Part shown: positions 18,922 to 28,461 of the stretch, one piece after another
How positions within the stretch are numbered: the first letter of the stretch is position 1
Layout of the letters: every line of letters begins with the position of its first letter
Assembly (NCBI GenBank): GCA_963674965.2
Contig: CAXXFL010000002.1
Span: 128,001 to 192,000 of the forward strand
DNA length: 64,000 bases
From: a bacterium
Lineage (GTDB): Bacteria; RBG-13-61-14; DATKZS01
Reading direction: 5' to 3'
The notes under the pieces: model-generated
What the model was told of the DNA's origin: nothing
Database searches by the model: none
What the model saw: the letters and a program-made list of their open reading frames with translations, nothing else
Translations under genes and position numbers: made by a program

Positions 18922-20066
18922 TTTCCCGAGGCCCTGGAGGTCTTGGTTTTGATTTTACGCCCTTTTGGAGATTTCCCGCGGGCCTGGGCCAATGAAACGG
19001 CACGCTCCATCAGGTCGCCCTCGTTGGTGAAGTCTCCTTGCCCCAGCCTTTCCTTGAATTGATCTAACTTCTCCCACACGCGCTCGGGTTCCAGTTCCTT
19101 CATGCAGGCGTGGGTATCGAGGGGACAGTACCTTTGATTGCAGGGCCTGCATTCAAGCTCATCCCTTCCGAATGACAGGTGCCTTCCGATGGGCGTCCAG
19201 GCGTCCCCCGTCGGTCCCATGACCGCGAAGGTGGGAAGGCCCCTGGCGGCGGCTATATGGCGCGGGCCACCGTCCGTGCCGACCCATAAGTCGGCCCTCG
19301 AGTAAAGGGCGGCAAGCTCGTGGAGGTCCGTCCTCGGCGCCAGGAGGAGAGGGGCCTGGGATTTCCCGATCAGCTCCCGGGCTTCATCCTCCCGGCCCGG
19401 GCCCCAGCATATTATTACCGAGGCGTTCCACCTCTCGGTCATCCACGCCGCGAGCCTGGCGTGATACTCCGCCGGGTAGGTCAGGACCGGCCACTTGGGA
19501 AAAGGCTCATGGCAAACTACCGGGCCCCTCGCGCCCAGTCCCGCCCCTTCGAGCCACTCGTGGATGTAATCCTTGGCCCGCTCGGGCACGGCCATCTCGA
19601 GGTCGGCCGACTCTCCCTCGATCCCCAGCGGCTTCAAAAGGGAGAGCTTTCGCGAGGCCGCGAATATTCCCTCCGGCTGGACGGCGACCTTGTAAAAGCC
19701 GCTCCTTCGCCCTCCCGCGAAGCTTATGGTGCAGCGGGCCCCGGACAGCCGGGTCAGAAGCGAGGTCCGAGGATTGGCCAGGAAATCGACGACAAGGTCG
19801 AATTTTTTCGCCCGGACCCGCGCTATGGTCTTCACGGGCTCGAGGAAACCCTCCTTGGGGTCCCTGATGATTATCTCGTCGATATAGGGGTTGCCCTGGA
19901 GGACCTTGGCCGAGAGTGGCTCGGATAAAAAGGAAAGCCGGGCCTCGGGATAGCGTTTTTTGAGCGCCCGAACCGACGGCGTGGTCATCAGCGTGTCGCC
20001 TATTTGCCTTAGCTGGATGACCAGAATTCTATCGGGCCGAAAGTCTGGAGGTATCCTATTGTCCAT
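18906..20066 (-). CDS. Glycosyltransferase family 9 (heptosyltransferase-like)
   Basis: QLRQIGDTLMTTPSVRALK, TDGGPRHIAAA, CRPCNQRYC...C. Confidence 0.9.
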   Translation of the reverse strand: MDNRIPPDFRPDRILVIQLRQIGDTLMTTPSVRALKKRYPEARLSFLSEPLSAKVLQGNPYIDEIIIRDPKEGFLEPVKTIARVRAKKFDLVVDFLANPRTSLLTRLSGARCTISFAGGRRSGFYKVAVQPEGIFAASRKLSLLKPLGIEGESADLEMAVPERAKDYIHEWLEGAGLGARGPVVCHEPFPKWPVLTYPAEYHARLAAWMTERWNASVIICWGPGREDEARELIGKSQAPLLLAPRTDLHELAALYSRADLWVGTDGGPRHIAAARGLPTFAVMGPTGDAWTPIGRHLSFGRDELECRPCNQRYCPLDTHACMKELEPERVWEKLDQFKERLGQGDFTNEGDLMERAVSLAQARGKSPKGRKIKTKTSRASGKWRAK

Positions 20067-20341
20067 GGGCGATAAATTTTAGCAGAACTTTGGCCCGCTT
20101 TCATCCGCGCCGGCCCAGGCGTTTTGGGAGGAACCATCTTTCACGAGGCGAGCCAAATCATGACCGATCTTGTATGCAACGATGCGGGCTTTTACTAGAG
20201 GCCCTATCGCGTTATCATGCCGGGATAGATGCGCCCCGTTTGATTTCGGCGGGAATCTTGTTTAATTGTAATAAAGGCCGGATGGTAATGATAAAGCCCT
20301 TGGACGTTAAGATGGCCTTGTCAAGGGCGGGGGAATTGGCG

Positions 20342-20950
20342 ATGAAAAAAATTATCTTTTTAATTCTGCTTTCGCTCGTTTTCGCTGGGTGCGACCCCTA
20401 TAAAAAGGGTCACGACCACCTGAACAATGGGGAATACGAGCTGGCGGCGGAGTTTTTCCTGAAGAAGGTGGAGGAAAACCCGGAGGATCCTCGGGCGCAC
20501 AACGAGCTGGGTTACTCCTATGCCCGCCTTAAAATGTATGACGACGCGATCAAGGAATACAACCAGGCGCTGATCCTGGACCCGAACTATTTCGAGGCCG
20601 AGCTTAACCTGGGCACGGCCTCGCTAAAGCTTTTCAGGTATTACGCGGCCATCGAGCACCTGTCCAGGGCCGCGGAGCTCGATCCCAAGAGCGAGGCCGC
20701 CCACGCCAACCTGGCCTGGGCCTATTACTATATCGACGAGTTCGACGAGGCCAGGGAGCACACGGACGCGGCCGAGAAGCTGTCCAGCGGCGGCGCCAAC
20801 TACTCGATCATCCGGGAAAAGATCGACTTTAAGATCGAGAGGAAGAAAAAGGAGGACGCGGCGAAAAAAGCTTGGGAAGAGCAGAACAAGCAAAACGCCG
20901 CGCCCGAGGAAGGGACCGCCGGGGGCGACGCTATCGATCCATCTCCTTGA
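20342..20950 (+). CDS. TPR-repeat lipoprotein
   Basis: MKKIIFLILLSLVFAGC lipobox; TPR helices AHNELG, AELNLG, AHANLA. Confidence 0.88.
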   Translation: MKKIIFLILLSLVFAGCDPYKKGHDHLNNGEYELAAEFFLKKVEENPEDPRAHNELGYSYARLKMYDDAIKEYNQALILDPNYFEAELNLGTASLKLFRYYAAIEHLSRAAELDPKSEAAHANLAWAYYYIDEFDEAREHTDAAEKLSSGGANYSIIREKIDFKIERKKKEDAAKKAWEEQNKQNAAPEEGTAGGDAIDPSP

Positions 20951-21308
20951 TGAGACCGCCGGGGTAAAACCTTATCTCGGGGTTTCCCGCGTCCCAGTCC
21001 ACAACGACCAGGTCCATTCTGACGGGGGCCTTGGACAGGCGGTACTTGCTCCGAAAAGAATTGGCCGCCATGGTCAGCCGCTCGAGCTTGATAGGGCCGA
21101 GGCCCGCCTCGGGCTGGAAACTCGATCCCTTGCCCCGGCTTCTGACCTCAACCATGCAAAGCGTGTCCCGTTCCCTGGCCACCACGTCTATCTCGCCGTG
21201 GCGGCAGTGGTAATTTCGGGTGATGATTTTCAGGCCGCGTTTTTGTAAGAAGGCGCAGGCCAAGTCCTCGGCCAGGTCGCCCCTTTCCTTGGTAGTGGGA
21301 CCGGTCAT
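20931..21308 (-). CDS. yraN: YraN/UPF0102 family putative nuclease
   Basis: GDLAEDLACAFL, RNY...GEIDVVA, VEVRSR, RMDLV. Confidence 0.9.
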   Translation of the reverse strand: MTGPTTKERGDLAEDLACAFLQKRGLKIITRNYHCRHGEIDVVARERDTLCMVEVRSRGKGSSFQPEAGLGPIKLERLTMAANSFRSKYRLSKAPVRMDLVVVDWDAGNPEIRFYPGGLIKEMDR

Positions 21309-21820
21309 CTGCCGGATATCTTCATCTCCCGCGCCCGGCTCTTGACGACCCTGTCGATGCGCTTCCTGTCCTCGGCCTTGATCCGGTTGAAGACCACGGC
21401 CATGCCGCTGAGGGAACCCTTCTCCGAGGCCTCGCCCAAGGGCGTCGACTGTACCACCTTGCCCTTGGTCTTGACCGTCTTTTCCTCGTCGGGAAGAAAA
21501 AGCTCGACCAGGACCTCGGTCTTGACCGGCGGAGGGTCGGCGAACTTGATGAACACGCCCTTTTGGCTGAGAGTGTACGAGACGCCTTTATACTCGTTGC
21601 TTCCCACGGTGAACTTGACGTCCACGGCAACGGGGGCCCTTACGTGCTTGCGGGTGCTTTCGTATTCCCCCGCGTAGAGTATCTCGTTGATCTTGAAAAG
21701 CGCCTCCTCGGCTGACTTGGAACCCTGGATGTATTCCTGAATCCATTGGCCCGGATCGCCCGCCTTGGCGCGACGGCCGCTCTTCGAGGTGTCCTCGATT
21801 TCGTTTTTAGACCTGCCCAT
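21305..21820 (-). CDS. PilZ-domain protein
   Basis: RKHVR (RxxxR) and TLSQKGVFI (degenerate D/NxSxxG), GMAVVF; stop overlaps the yraN start (ATGA). Confidence 0.8.
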   Translation of the reverse strand: MGRSKNEIEDTSKSGRRAKAGDPGQWIQEYIQGSKSAEEALFKINEILYAGEYESTRKHVRAPVAVDVKFTVGSNEYKGVSYTLSQKGVFIKFADPPPVKTEVLVELFLPDEEKTVKTKGKVVQSTPLGEASEKGSLSGMAVVFNRIKAEDRKRIDRVVKSRAREMKISGR

Positions 21821-22027
21821 TTTCCTCTCCGCCCCGGTGGAGATATATCTATCTCGCTTGACCACTCGAAAGTGGCGCGTTGATTCCCAGCGTCATATTG
21901 CCTTGATGATTTTCGCGCTTTGCCCGCGTGTGCTTATAACATTATACATTCCGCCGGGAATGGAGGCAACAGGAAAGACAAAATTTTAACGCGCGTATAC
22001 ACGGACCCCTTGCCGGCCCCGGCGGCC

Positions 22028-22891
22028 CTACTTTCCTCCCAGGACGTTCATTATCGCGTTGGCCGCCTTGTCGGTGATAAAGGGTGGAAAAGTGGAGTGC
22101 CACAGGATCAGTGCCCAGGCCTCGAGACCTACCACGTATCTGGCCCGCGGCCGGCGGGATGAGAGGGCGTGACAGACCGCTCGGGACACTCGCTCCGGCG
22201 GTATGGCCGTCTTGTCCACGTTGGAGGTGACCCTGGCCATGGCCCGCAGCCGGCGGCCGTAAATCTTGACGGCCTCCGCGGGAAGGTCCTTCTTAAGGCC
22301 CTCGGCGGAGTCGGCGGTCTTGTCCCAGATCGGGGTCTTGATCGAAGCCGGCTCGATGATCGAGACCCGGACGCCGGATGGAGCCAGCTCGATCCTGAAG
22401 GCGTTGGCCACGGCCTCGAGGGCGTGCTTGGAGGCGCTGTAAGGACCGACGAAGGGCAGGGTGAAGCGCCCGCTCTCGGATCCCATGAATACTATACGGC
22501 CCCGCGCCCTCCGGATGAGGGGCAAAAACGCCTGGGTCACCGCCAGTTGCCCGTTCACGTTCACCCGCATCTGGGCCTCGAAGTCCTGGAAGCGCACGTA
22601 CTCGAGGGGACCAGCCACGGCTATGCCCGCGTTGTTCACCAGTCCATAAAGGCCCGCGCCCTCCAGTGCCTCGCCCACCATCCCGGCCGCCCGCGCCACG
22701 CCCTCCAGGTCGGTCACGTCCACGATCACCGGCGTCAGCCGCTCCGAGGCCTCGGACTTAAGAGACTCGGCGTCGGACTCCTTGCGAACTCCCGCGAAAA
22801 CCTGGTAACCCTTGCGGTCGAGCTCCAGGGCGCAGGTCCGGCCTATGCCCGTCGAGGCGCCCGTTATCATCACGCTCTTTTTTGGGTCCAT
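22028..22891 (-). CDS. SDR family oxidoreductase
   Basis: TGASTGIG, NNAG, YSASK. Confidence 0.92.
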   Translation of the reverse strand: MDPKKSVMITGASTGIGRTCALELDRKGYQVFAGVRKESDAESLKSEASERLTPVIVDVTDLEGVARAAGMVGEALEGAGLYGLVNNAGIAVAGPLEYVRFQDFEAQMRVNVNGQLAVTQAFLPLIRRARGRIVFMGSESGRFTLPFVGPYSASKHALEAVANAFRIELAPSGVRVSIIEPASIKTPIWDKTADSAEGLKKDLPAEAVKIYGRRLRAMARVTSNVDKTAIPPERVSRAVCHALSSRRPRARYVVGLEAWALILWHSTFPPFITDKAANAIMNVLGGK

Positions 22892-22958
22892 CTTGATGGG
22901 GTCCTCCCTTCCATATCGAGACTCAAGGGAACGTCACTGGCGTCCCTTCCGCGGAAGT

Positions 22959-23813
22959 CTATTCCGCCACGCCCATCCCCTTGAGTTCTTCCCACGCGGC
23001 GGGGCAATGGGCGGGTACTATTATTACCTCAGGGCGCTCGAGATGGAAATCGCGGACCGTCTCGAGCGTCTTAAGGTAATCCGTTTTCGAGGCCAATATG
23101 GTCCGGGCCAGGACGGAGGGCGGCCTGAGATCAAGGTAGTTCTCCCGCACCCAGGCCGCGTCGCCGATGAAAAAGAACCGGCGCCCGTCAGCCATGTTGG
23201 CTAGAAGTCCCATCTGTCCCGCCGTATGGCCGGGCAGGGGCACGAGTATCATCGAGCCGTCGCCGAACAAATCCGCGGCCCGCCTGAAGGGTCCATAGGT
23301 TGAGCCCCGGTCCTCGAGGTCGATGGTCTCTATTTCATTGGGAAGGCCGTCATAGAGGGATTTAAGATAGCCTCTGGTGAAGAGCTTGAGCGCCGGTCCC
23401 TGCATGGCCTCCCACTCGGACGCGCTTACCACCACCTTGGCGCGGGGGAAGGCCCATATGCCCGGAACGTGGTCCACGTGCCCATGGCCGAGGATGATGG
23501 TATCCACCTCGTCCGCCGCTACGCCGGCCCTCTCCAACTGGCGGCCGGCGTTTTGCTCGTCCGAAATCTCGGCGGGCGTTATGTACCGCATAATCCGGTA
23601 GGGGAAGCGCCGGGTTGCCTCGTAAAAGCTGGTATTATACCCCGTGTCGTAAAGGGTCACCCCTCCCGGCCGCCTGAACATGGCGAACAGGGCCGGCATG
23701 CGTATGCTCCGGCTCGGCCCGCCTGAGAGGACCACCTTTTCATTGGCGGGCACCCATCCGGAATTAAAAACCCTGATCTCCATCTCGGGAAGATCGCCTG
23801 GATCGGGAAGCAT
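22959..23813 (-). CDS. Metallo-beta-lactamase-fold hydrolase (AHL-lactonase-like subfamily)
   Basis: DTG, HGHVDH, LFGDGS, PGHTAG, GDA, PAH motifs. Confidence 0.88.
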   Translation of the reverse strand: MLPDPGDLPEMEIRVFNSGWVPANEKVVLSGGPSRSIRMPALFAMFRRPGGVTLYDTGYNTSFYEATRRFPYRIMRYITPAEISDEQNAGRQLERAGVAADEVDTIILGHGHVDHVPGIWAFPRAKVVVSASEWEAMQGPALKLFTRGYLKSLYDGLPNEIETIDLEDRGSTYGPFRRAADLFGDGSMILVPLPGHTAGQMGLLANMADGRRFFFIGDAAWVRENYLDLRPPSVLARTILASKTDYLKTLETVRDFHLERPEVIIVPAHCPAAWEELKGMGVAE

Positions 23814-23835
23814 GGGACCTCCTTGTCACGTCTCG

Positions 23836-25488
23836 CTAATGAGGCTCGGGGCTGATCTTATAGGGAAAAAACCTGAACAGGGCCTCGCCATCAAGGCCAT
23901 AGACAATGACCACGTCAGGACCGACCCCGTCCACCTCGGAGCCGCCGTATTTAAGGAGATGGTCCAGAAGAATCAACCGCCCCGCCGTTTCGGGATTCGA
24001 CACCACCACCGCCGCCGGCTCTTTGGAGGTGACGGCCCCGTTAACCCTGGCCACGTACTCCGGGTACCTGTCGTCGGGGTTCTGGGAGCGGGCAATAATC
24101 GTTTCCTCGCTCGCCATCATCAGGTTCCATTTAAATTCGGCGTCGGCGGAAAAAACGTGGCTCACCCCATGTTCGCGAAGGGACTTTATCGCGGCTTGAA
24201 GCGAATCGATATAAACCCCCTCCGGGTCCCTGGGGTTGTAAACCTTTTCATTGCCGTACTCGGCCAGTCCGGGCAGGAGTCCGGTAACGGACAATACCGC
24301 GGCCAACCCGATGGCCGCGCTTTTTCTTCTTTCCATGATGGCTGAAATTTGCCCGGCCATCAGTAAAGTTGAAAGAGGGTAGAACGCCAGAAGATGCCGC
24401 GGGACCATCCACTTTGGCGCCGCGAGGATTAAAAAGACCAGGGTCCCTATCATGGCGAACATAATGAAGAACATGGTAGGGAAGGCGTGGTATTCGGCGT
24501 CATTTTTGTTCCCGGTTTTTTCCTTTTCGCGGTTTTTAAAGGATATGATCGACTCCCTTGCCTGGAGGACCAGCGTGAACGAGAAGAAAAAAAACCAGGT
24601 TATGGAGGAAACCCAAAACGCCGCGGACCTGATTCCGCCCGGCCTTGGTTGGCTGAGGAGGCCGAAGTCCTGATGGGGGGCGAAAATACCGGCCGCCGTC
24701 GAGATGAGCCTGGAAAAATCGGGCAAGAATCCTTGTCCCGGATCAAAGGCCGGCCCTAAAAGGCTCGCGGCCTGCCCGCGTCCTATCAGAAAAAAAATCA
24801 ATAGCGTCGATAAGGAGACCGAGCAGATGACGATCGTCTGGACGGTCATTTTATTTTTTTTGTAGACGTAGATAGACGTCAATATGAGGGCGAGGCTCGC
24901 GGCCAGCGTAATGGGCTGAAGCAAGGCCGAACACGCGGCCAGCGCTCCTCCCCCCGCCGGGAGCAGCCAGTCCCGCGGGCGCGAGCGACTCTGGCCAAAA
25001 GAAGAAAAAAGGACCCAGAACGCGGCCATCAAAAAGGCCAGGCTGGTTATATGCCCTCCCCTCAGCTTCATGGACCAGAGAGCCATTTGCGGCGCCGAGC
25101 AAAAAAGCGCCAGGGCAAGCCAGCCGGCCCGGCGGCCCATACTCGCTCGGGCGGCCCCGAAAGTAACGATCGCCGCCAGGGACCAGATAAAAAGGCCGAG
25201 GTATTTGACGGCCTCGCTTTTATTGGCAACGAGGCCGTAGAGGACCGAAAGCAGAAGGGCCTCGAGGCCGGCTCCCGCTCCATAATTCTGTCCGTAGAAA
25301 TACAGAGGACAGCCTTTGCCTTGCGCAACGTGCATGGCCATAAGCCCGACCACGCATTCATCCGCGTCGGGAGCGGCGCGGCCGCTTGATATTAGATAGG
25401 CCCTGAAAGCCAGAACGGACAAAAAGACGATGATCCCCGCGGCCGGGAGGAAAATATCAAAACTCTTTGGCCCTTGACCGGCGTTCAT
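23836..25488 (-). CDS. Multi-pass membrane protein, GT-C fold (PMT/ArnT-like) glycosyltransferase
   Basis: DADECVVGLMA...FYGQNY first loop; many TM helices; periplasmic C-terminal domain. Confidence 0.7.
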   Translation of the reverse strand: MNAGQGPKSFDIFLPAAGIIVFLSVLAFRAYLISSGRAAPDADECVVGLMAMHVAQGKGCPLYFYGQNYGAGAGLEALLLSVLYGLVANKSEAVKYLGLFIWSLAAIVTFGAARASMGRRAGWLALALFCSAPQMALWSMKLRGGHITSLAFLMAAFWVLFSSFGQSRSRPRDWLLPAGGGALAACSALLQPITLAASLALILTSIYVYKKNKMTVQTIVICSVSLSTLLIFFLIGRGQAASLLGPAFDPGQGFLPDFSRLISTAAGIFAPHQDFGLLSQPRPGGIRSAAFWVSSITWFFFFSFTLVLQARESIISFKNREKEKTGNKNDAEYHAFPTMFFIMFAMIGTLVFLILAAPKWMVPRHLLAFYPLSTLLMAGQISAIMERRKSAAIGLAAVLSVTGLLPGLAEYGNEKVYNPRDPEGVYIDSLQAAIKSLREHGVSHVFSADAEFKWNLMMASEETIIARSQNPDDRYPEYVARVNGAVTSKEPAAVVVSNPETAGRLILLDHLLKYGGSEVDGVGPDVVIVYGLDGEALFRFFPYKISPEPH

Positions 25489-25936
25489 TCAGGTCTCCGT
25501 CCAGCGTTAAGGGCCGCAAGCCCGGCCGGTATCGCCCAAGTAAGCGAGGCGCCATTAACAAGGTAACGTTTGTTTTGTCCATGCCGGAGCTTTGCCCCCT
25601 CATTCCGATGGATATGTACTCGCGGGATAGATTTCATCATTTTTATTAAGGCAATATACTTGATGAGCTTTTTCGATTCAAGACGCCCTAGTGATGAAGA
25701 GCGCAAGTCGCCCATCCCTCAGGCGTCCATTATGGATCGGGCAACCCGCTTTCAAGTATTGTATCAGCGCGTCGATCTCGCCATTTACGGAGGTCTTCTC
25801 GCCGTGTCTTCGAACCTTAACTAATTAAATCACTCGGGCCAGGGATTTTGGACGCGAAGAGCCGCCCGCGCCTTAAGCCCGGGTCCGAACGTTGAGGGCT
25901 GAAAAAAAATTCTTCCTCGCCGCCTGGTCCTCCGCG

Positions 25937-27124
25937 TCAATCGTCGGCGAAGTAAGTGGTCCCCGCTCTCCAGTCGTAGGAGCCCGAGACCGAGTCGTCG
26001 TAGCCGCCGCTGACGGTCGAGTAGTCTCCGTCGGCCTCGTTGGAATAGCCGCCGGTGACGGTGGCGTAATCTCCTCTCGCGAAGTTGTACACGCCGCCGC
26101 TGATGCTGGCGAAGGGGGCGGTGGAGGTTACCTGGTTCGAGTAACCGCCGCTGACGCTCGATCCCGAGGCGTTGGCCTGGTTGCCGGAGCCCCCGCTCAC
26201 GCTGGAGAGCTGGGCGTTGGCCTGGTTGCTGGTCCCACCCGTGACGCTGGAGTAGGCGCCGTAAATTCCGTTGCCCAGTCCTGCCACCAGGCCGCCGTAG
26301 GATGAATAGCCGTGACCCGTTCCAACCACGACGTTGTGAGACCCGGTCCGGGAATAGCCGTAGGAGTTCTCGTTGTAGCCCACGATCAGGTTTCCGCGTC
26401 CGTTGACCGCGCCGTTGGTCGTGCCCGATCCGCTTCGGACGTGGAAGTTGACGCCCGTGTAATAAACGTCAATCACGGTCTGGCCGGAAAGGGAGACCGT
26501 GACCGGACTCAGCTTTTCCTCGTTGGCGTCAATTCGCGCGTCAAGCGCCGCGACCGCGTCCGAGTTGGCGGTGATGTCCCCGGCGTTGGCTAAGATATCG
26601 GCCTCGTTGTCCTGGATGGCGTCCTCATTGTCGGTCACCCTCGCCGACAGCGCGTCGATTTGGGACTGCATGGCCGCGAGAAGGGCGTCCACCTCCGTCC
26701 GGGTGTAAAGCTCGCCGGCCTCGACCCCGCCCAGGGCCGCGGCGTTAAGAGCGAAGGGGACCGAGGTGACGCGGCGGCGGGGAAGCAGCACCTCACCCTC
26801 GACGCTGACCTCGAGGTAGACGGTGGTCCCCGTCAGTACCGAGGGGTTGATGGGGTTCACGCCGCCCAGGATAACGCTGTATATGCCGTTCTGGAGTGGA
26901 ACGGAGGTTACCGTCTCGCTCCAGAGCGCCGAGGCGGAAGACGTGTCGCCGTCGCGCATGACGAAGCGCATCTGGACCGTGCCGCCCGAGAGCGCGACTC
27001 CCGCGTCGTCGGTAATCCTTCCCTGATAGCTGATTAGAGGAGGCGCCGATTGCGCCATGGCCGCGAAGCCTGTTAACAGGGCGAGAAAAAGCGTGGCTGC
27101 CTGGATTTGACCTTTTCTTCTCAT
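25937..27124 (-). CDS. Exported fibre/adhesin-like protein (coiled-coil stalk and beta-roll head repeats)
   Basis: RBS GGAGG; signal peptide; PPLISYQGRITD module; heptads with periodic Asn; SVSGGxxNxA repeats. Confidence 0.8.
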   Translation of the reverse strand: MRRKGQIQAATLFLALLTGFAAMAQSAPPLISYQGRITDDAGVALSGGTVQMRFVMRDGDTSSASALWSETVTSVPLQNGIYSVILGGVNPINPSVLTGTTVYLEVSVEGEVLLPRRRVTSVPFALNAAALGGVEAGELYTRTEVDALLAAMQSQIDALSARVTDNEDAIQDNEADILANAGDITANSDAVAALDARIDANEEKLSPVTVSLSGQTVIDVYYTGVNFHVRSGSGTTNGAVNGRGNLIVGYNENSYGYSRTGSHNVVVGTGHGYSSYGGLVAGLGNGIYGAYSSVTGGTSNQANAQLSSVSGGSGNQANASGSSVSGGYSNQVTSTAPFASISGGVYNFARGDYATVTGGYSNEADGDYSTVSGGYDDSVSGSYDWRAGTTYFADD

Positions 27125-27274
27125 AGTGCTGACCTCCGTTGCTGATGGTTGTCGGTTACGGGCCCAGGTGAAGCTTGTCCAACCTTAACCAAGACGGTAT
27201 TGAATTGCAAATTGAACCAAATTGCGCAAAAAGGAAAGGGCGGCCCTGGTTGTTTTTCGCCCCGCCTTGCTCGC

Positions 27275-27289
27275 GCGAATATCGTGCCG
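27275..27289 (-). promoter_or_regulatory. Possible sigma54 promoter for the fibre gene
   Basis: Minus strand CGGCACG-ATAT-TCGC keeps GG-N10-GC spacing, with two mismatches to TGGCACG-N4-TTGC. Confidence 0.35.
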
Positions 27290-27421
27290 ATAAATTTAGG
27301 GAAAACCCATTTTTTTCTTGACAATTTTCTCTCATCGTGTATTTTATAATCAGTTAAACGGCCCGGAATTTTTCGACCAACGAGATAGTGACACGCTCTT
27401 TATGCTGAGGAGGAACCTGGG

Positions 27422-27673
27422 ATGCTGAACGCGGAAGCCGTGGCGACGAACGCAGTTGACGAAATCAGACTTGAAGCCCTCTTGGCCGGTCTCAGGCATT
27501 TATGCCTGACCCAGCCGCCCGACAAATACCTTTCAATCCTGGAACAATTCGTGGAAAACGCCCGCAAAAGCGTGGCCATGACGCCCGACCCGCGAGAGCG
27601 GGAGAGGCTTCGCGAGCAATACAGGCGAGTGATCGAGTTCGCGGTGGACATCATATCCAAGCCGCCCAACTGA
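27422..27673 (+). CDS. Small helical hypothetical protein
   Basis: GAGGAGG RBS upstream; TTGACA at 27318; 83 aa. Confidence 0.65.
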   Translation: MLNAEAVATNAVDEIRLEALLAGLRHLCLTQPPDKYLSILEQFVENARKSVAMTPDPRERERLREQYRRVIEFAVDIISKPPN

Positions 27674-27741
27674 TCCGCGCTTTATGCTTATTTATTCTCG
27701 CCCACGTGGTGAGGAAGGGGAGTGGTTTATTCCGTCGGCCT

Positions 27742-28425
27742 CTACTCGACCTGGTCGCGATTCCCGATTTTCCGGATCACCCGGGCCGGACGGCCGGCGG
27801 CGAAGGAGTTGTCGGGAACGTCTTTCGTCACCAAGGACCCCGTCCCAATCACGCAATGGTCCCCGATCCTGACCCCTGGAAACACCGTTACATAAGAGGG
27901 CATCCAAACGTGCGAGCCGATGGTGACGGGCGCCGTCTTCACGGGCGGAGAGTCGTTGTCCAGGCGGTGGAGCGATGAGTCCAGGATCATGCATCCCCAG
28001 CCGATCAGGCCGTGCTCGCCCACGGTGATCCGCTCGGAGGCCCCGAAAATACCGCCCGAGAACCAGCAGCGCTCCCCTATCTCGATGGTCGCTCCCGGCT
28101 TGGTCGAAAAGACCGTATGGGAGTCGAAGGTCTGAATCCAGGTTTCCTTCTTCAGCGTGACCTGGCTGTCGGCGCCAAGATTGAACAGCACCTTGTGCGC
28201 GCCCCGGTCGATGGCCACGTCGTCCTCCATTACCACGGCTCCCGTGCCGCTGATGATGATCGACCAGGGATCCACGCGGCAGTTTACGCCCATGCTCAGG
28301 CGGTCACGGTAATGGACCTTCATCCGGGCCGAGCCCAGCTTTTGCCAAAGCCACTGGAGCCGGAGGATTTTTCTCTCGAGGGGAGAATACTCGCCCTTGC
28401 CGAAATTTTGACTTTTATCGCTCAT
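27742..28425 (-). CDS. Hexapeptide-repeat O-acyltransferase
   Basis: PVTIGSHVW, PGVRIGDHCVIGTGSLVTKDVP, GRPARVIR. Confidence 0.9.
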   Translation of the reverse strand: MSDKSQNFGKGEYSPLERKILRLQWLWQKLGSARMKVHYRDRLSMGVNCRVDPWSIIISGTGAVVMEDDVAIDRGAHKVLFNLGADSQVTLKKETWIQTFDSHTVFSTKPGATIEIGERCWFSGGIFGASERITVGEHGLIGWGCMILDSSLHRLDNDSPPVKTAPVTIGSHVWMPSYVTVFPGVRIGDHCVIGTGSLVTKDVPDNSFAAGRPARVIRKIGNRDQVE

Positions 28426-28461
28426 GGAACTCGCCCGGAGAATAGGAATATCCAGTGACGG

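Noticed and set aside
20931..21308. YraN nuclease as part of a defence system
   Set aside because: Widespread chromosomal gene with no defence-type neighbours.
22959..23813. MBL protein as an antibiotic-resistance beta-lactamase
   Set aside because: No signal peptide; motifs fit the lactonase-like hydrolase subfamily.
25805..25822. TTCGAACC as a tRNA T-loop
   Set aside because: No flanking T-stem or cloverleaf pairing.
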